A stretch of 64,000 nt of DNA from a bacterium. Lineage in GTDB: Bacteria; UBA8248. Location: the NCBI GenBank assembly GCA_965203325.1, contig OZ241875.1:2272001-2336000 (forward strand), given 5' to 3'. The translations under genes were made by a program, and so were the position numbers. Below the pieces are notes generated by a model. That model saw only the letters and a program-made list of their open reading frames with translations, searched no databases and was not told the DNA's origin. This document shows, one piece after another, positions 62,115 to 64,000 of the stretch (its first letter is position 1; each line of letters begins with the position of its first letter).

Positions 62115-62555
62115 ATGGCGAAAAACTATGAGAAAAGCATACGCGCTTTCCTGGGAGAAGGCACCGAGTTCAAGGGCGTCATTACCTTCGAGGGAACCGT
62201 GCGCGTGGACGGCGTCCTCGAAGGGGAGGTCATCACGGATGACACCTTCATCATCGGCACCGCGGCGAACGTGAAGGCCGAGGTCAAGGCCGGCGTCGTC
62301 ATCGTGATGGGCCGGATGGAGGGCAAGATAGAGGCCAAGGAAAAGTGCGAGATCAGAGTCGGCTCCCGCGTGAGCGGGGAGATTTTCACGCCGAGCATAT
62401 ACATCGAAGAAGGGGCTGTGTTCGAGGGGACCTGCCACATGACGGGCGACGGAAGGGGCTCGATAACGAGCGCCGAGGAAGCGAAGGAGGCTCCTGGGGC
62501 CGAGGAGGATTCAGGGGAGAGCGAATCCACGGCATCCGCTCCCGGGGCGGACTGA
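62115..62555 (+). CDS. Bactofilin (polymer-forming cytoskeletal protein)
   Basis: G..F.G...F.G..RVDG..EGE beta-helix repeats and IEEGAVFEG.C.M; follows parB. Confidence 0.9.
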   Translation: MAKNYEKSIRAFLGEGTEFKGVITFEGTVRVDGVLEGEVITDDTFIIGTAANVKAEVKAGVVIVMGRMEGKIEAKEKCEIRVGSRVSGEIFTPSIYIEEGAVFEGTCHMTGDGRGSITSAEEAKEAPGAEEDSGESESTASAPGAD

Positions 62556-62593
62556 GCGCGCGCTTCGGGACGATTCGGAGAAGGCGGCCGGCT

Positions 62594-62863
62594 ATGGAGA
62601 ATAATCGATCGGCTCTGGGCATATTCGCCGGGTTTGTTTTCTGGCTGGGCATCGCCTACTATTTCTATCAACGCGATTTCACGGGAGCGCTCTGGTTCGT
62701 CGCGGCCTTCGGGCTGGTGTACGGCGTCTATCGTTTGATTCTTCACCTTCTGGCCTCGAACCCGAAGCCTCGCCACATGCAGGATGAGGGCGTCGACCCG
62801 CCGCCCCGCTCGGATCTGCCCGACTATGATTTCGAGGATGCGAAGCCGAAAGATTTCGAGTGA
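62594..62863 (+). CDS. Small hypothetical membrane protein
   Basis: Two TM-like segments and an acidic tail; GGAG upstream. Confidence 0.65.
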   Translation: MENNRSALGIFAGFVFWLGIAYYFYQRDFTGALWFVAAFGLVYGVYRLILHLLASNPKPRHMQDEGVDPPPRSDLPDYDFEDAKPKDFE

Positions 62864-62964
62864 TGCGATCTGAGAATCGAATTTTCTCGTATAAGCGGCT
62901 CGGGCATTCGAGGAATTCTTCGAGCATCGGAAGAAAAGTTGTCTATGAAATCACTCCCCTTCAA

Positions 62965-63223
62965 GGGCTTGTTGAAAAACCCCCTGAGAGGGTGATGGCA
63001 ACCCCCTTGAAAGGGAAATCCCATAAAGGCAACCCCCCCTTGTCAGGGGGACAAGAAAAAGCAAAGCTCCCTCAGCCCGGCGGGGGCGCATCGCCTTTTT
63101 ATACCCCCCTGACAAGGGGGGGTAAGGGGGGTTGGTTTTCGACGGGGGAGGTCGGGGGTTCGCGCGAAAGCGGACTTCCCGCTAAAGGCAAAATCCCCCG
63201 AGAAGGATTTTTTCAACATCCCC
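62965..63223. mobile_element. MITE-like element, family A, copy 3 (259 bp)
   Basis: Ends GGGCTTGTTGAAAAA ... TTTTTCAACATCCCC; flanks TTCAA/CTCAA; right part similar to copy 1 in reverse orientation. Confidence 0.78.
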
Positions 63224-63299
63224 CTCAAGGGGGGAGTAATATAAATTCTGATGGCGCTGGCCCTTCCCGGTTTTTTCCGGCGTGATCATTAAGGCCCAA

Positions 63300-63674
63300 A
63301 TGTCCCAGTTCGTCATATACGCCCACAGCGGCGAGCCCGAACGCATCCACCAGATAGCCACCCTCGCGGCGAGTGCCGCCGCGAACGGGGATGAGGTGCA
63401 CGTCATCCTCTTCTTCGATGCGCTCAGGCGGTTCGTGGATGACGAACTCGATACGGCGACCCCGGCGGGAGAGGGCGCGCGCGGCGCGCACTCGGCGGAG
63501 GAACTCATCGAGTCCGCCAGAAGGCTCGGCAAGCTCAGAGTCTACGCCTGCGCCGCGCAGCCCAAGCTCCTGGGTCTGGCGCCCGAAGACGTGGTCGACG
63601 TCGTGGACGAGGTAATCAGCTTGCCTGAGTTCATGCGGAAAACGAAAAATGCGGAGACCAAGCTCTTCATCTGA
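63300..63674 (+). CDS. DsrE/DsrF-like sulfur-relay family protein
   Basis: A..AAA.G.EV....F.AL and YAC motifs, ending in LFI. Confidence 0.72.
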   Translation: MSQFVIYAHSGEPERIHQIATLAASAAANGDEVHVILFFDALRRFVDDELDTATPAGEGARGAHSAEELIESARRLGKLRVYACAAQPKLLGLAPEDVVDVVDEVISLPEFMRKTKNAETKLFI

Positions 63675-63802
63675 GCCGGTTTTCCCGCGCCGGTTTCCTT
63701 ATATCCCTGATAATGTGCTAGACAAAGGTGAGCGTGCGGCGTTTCGCCCCGCGGTGCGCGGGACGTTATGAGTTTCTTATTCGATCTCGACAGGAAAATG
63801 AC

Positions 63803-64000
63803 ATGAAATTTCTGGCGGCGGCGGCCCAGATAGGGCCCAGGCTCGGGAATCTCGAAGCGAACCGTGAATTGCTGGCGGAGGAAGTGAGAAAAGCCGAGGC
63901 GGAAAACGTCGATCTCCTCATTTTTCCCGAACTCTCGCTCACCGGCTATTTCCTGAAGGACATGGTCCCCGAGGTGGCCATCAAGCGCAACACCGCGCCG
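63803..64000 (+). CDS. Carbon-nitrogen hydrolase (nitrilase) family protein, 3'-truncated by window edge
   Basis: Manual translation MKFLAAAAQIGPRLGNLEAN...DLLIFPELSLTGY. Confidence 0.85.
   Translation, partial: MKFLAAAAQIGPRLGNLEANRELLAEEVRKAEAENVDLLIFPELSLTGYFLKDMVPEVAIKRNTAP

Noticed and set aside
62860..63285. 141-aa ORF, and similar short ORFs at 7821..8159 and 10987..11244
   Set aside because: They are translations across the non-coding repeat elements. Their mutual peptide similarity (EVGGSRESGLP) reflects the shared DNA repeat.

Overview
GC-rich bacterial chromosomal segment spanning the replication origin. The core is gyrA-[cytochrome c']-gyrB-recF-[oriC]-dnaA, divergent from rpmH-rnpA-yidD-yidC, followed after about 10 kb of inserted genes by mnmE-mnmG-[2x parS]-parA-parB-bactofilin. 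dnaN, jag and rsmG are not at their usual positions. The window also holds a complete isc operon (Rrf2-iscS-iscU-iscA-hscB-hscA-fdx-iscX), fhs, mutY, truD, rsmI, two ABC transporters and several catabolic genes. Most notable observations: (1) directly after yidC, a soluble 363-aa protein that appears to fuse a FliG C-terminal rotor domain to two tandem, transmembrane-less MotA-like stator cytoplasmic domains; (2) a secreted thioredoxin, split in the ORF track, whose first active-site Cys codon is an in-frame TGA (W-U-G-T-C) followed by a SECIS-like hairpin, i.e. a probable selenoprotein; (3) an integrase-free AbiE (type IV toxin-antitoxin) islet inserted in the 3' end of an MFS gene, bounded by a 56-bp duplication with synonymous recoding and preceded by two perfect 43-bp palindromes; (4) two families of small inverted-repeat elements nested in each other in both directions, plus GTAG-type REP-like hairpins. 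All protein assignments are by visual motif recognition; no searches were run.
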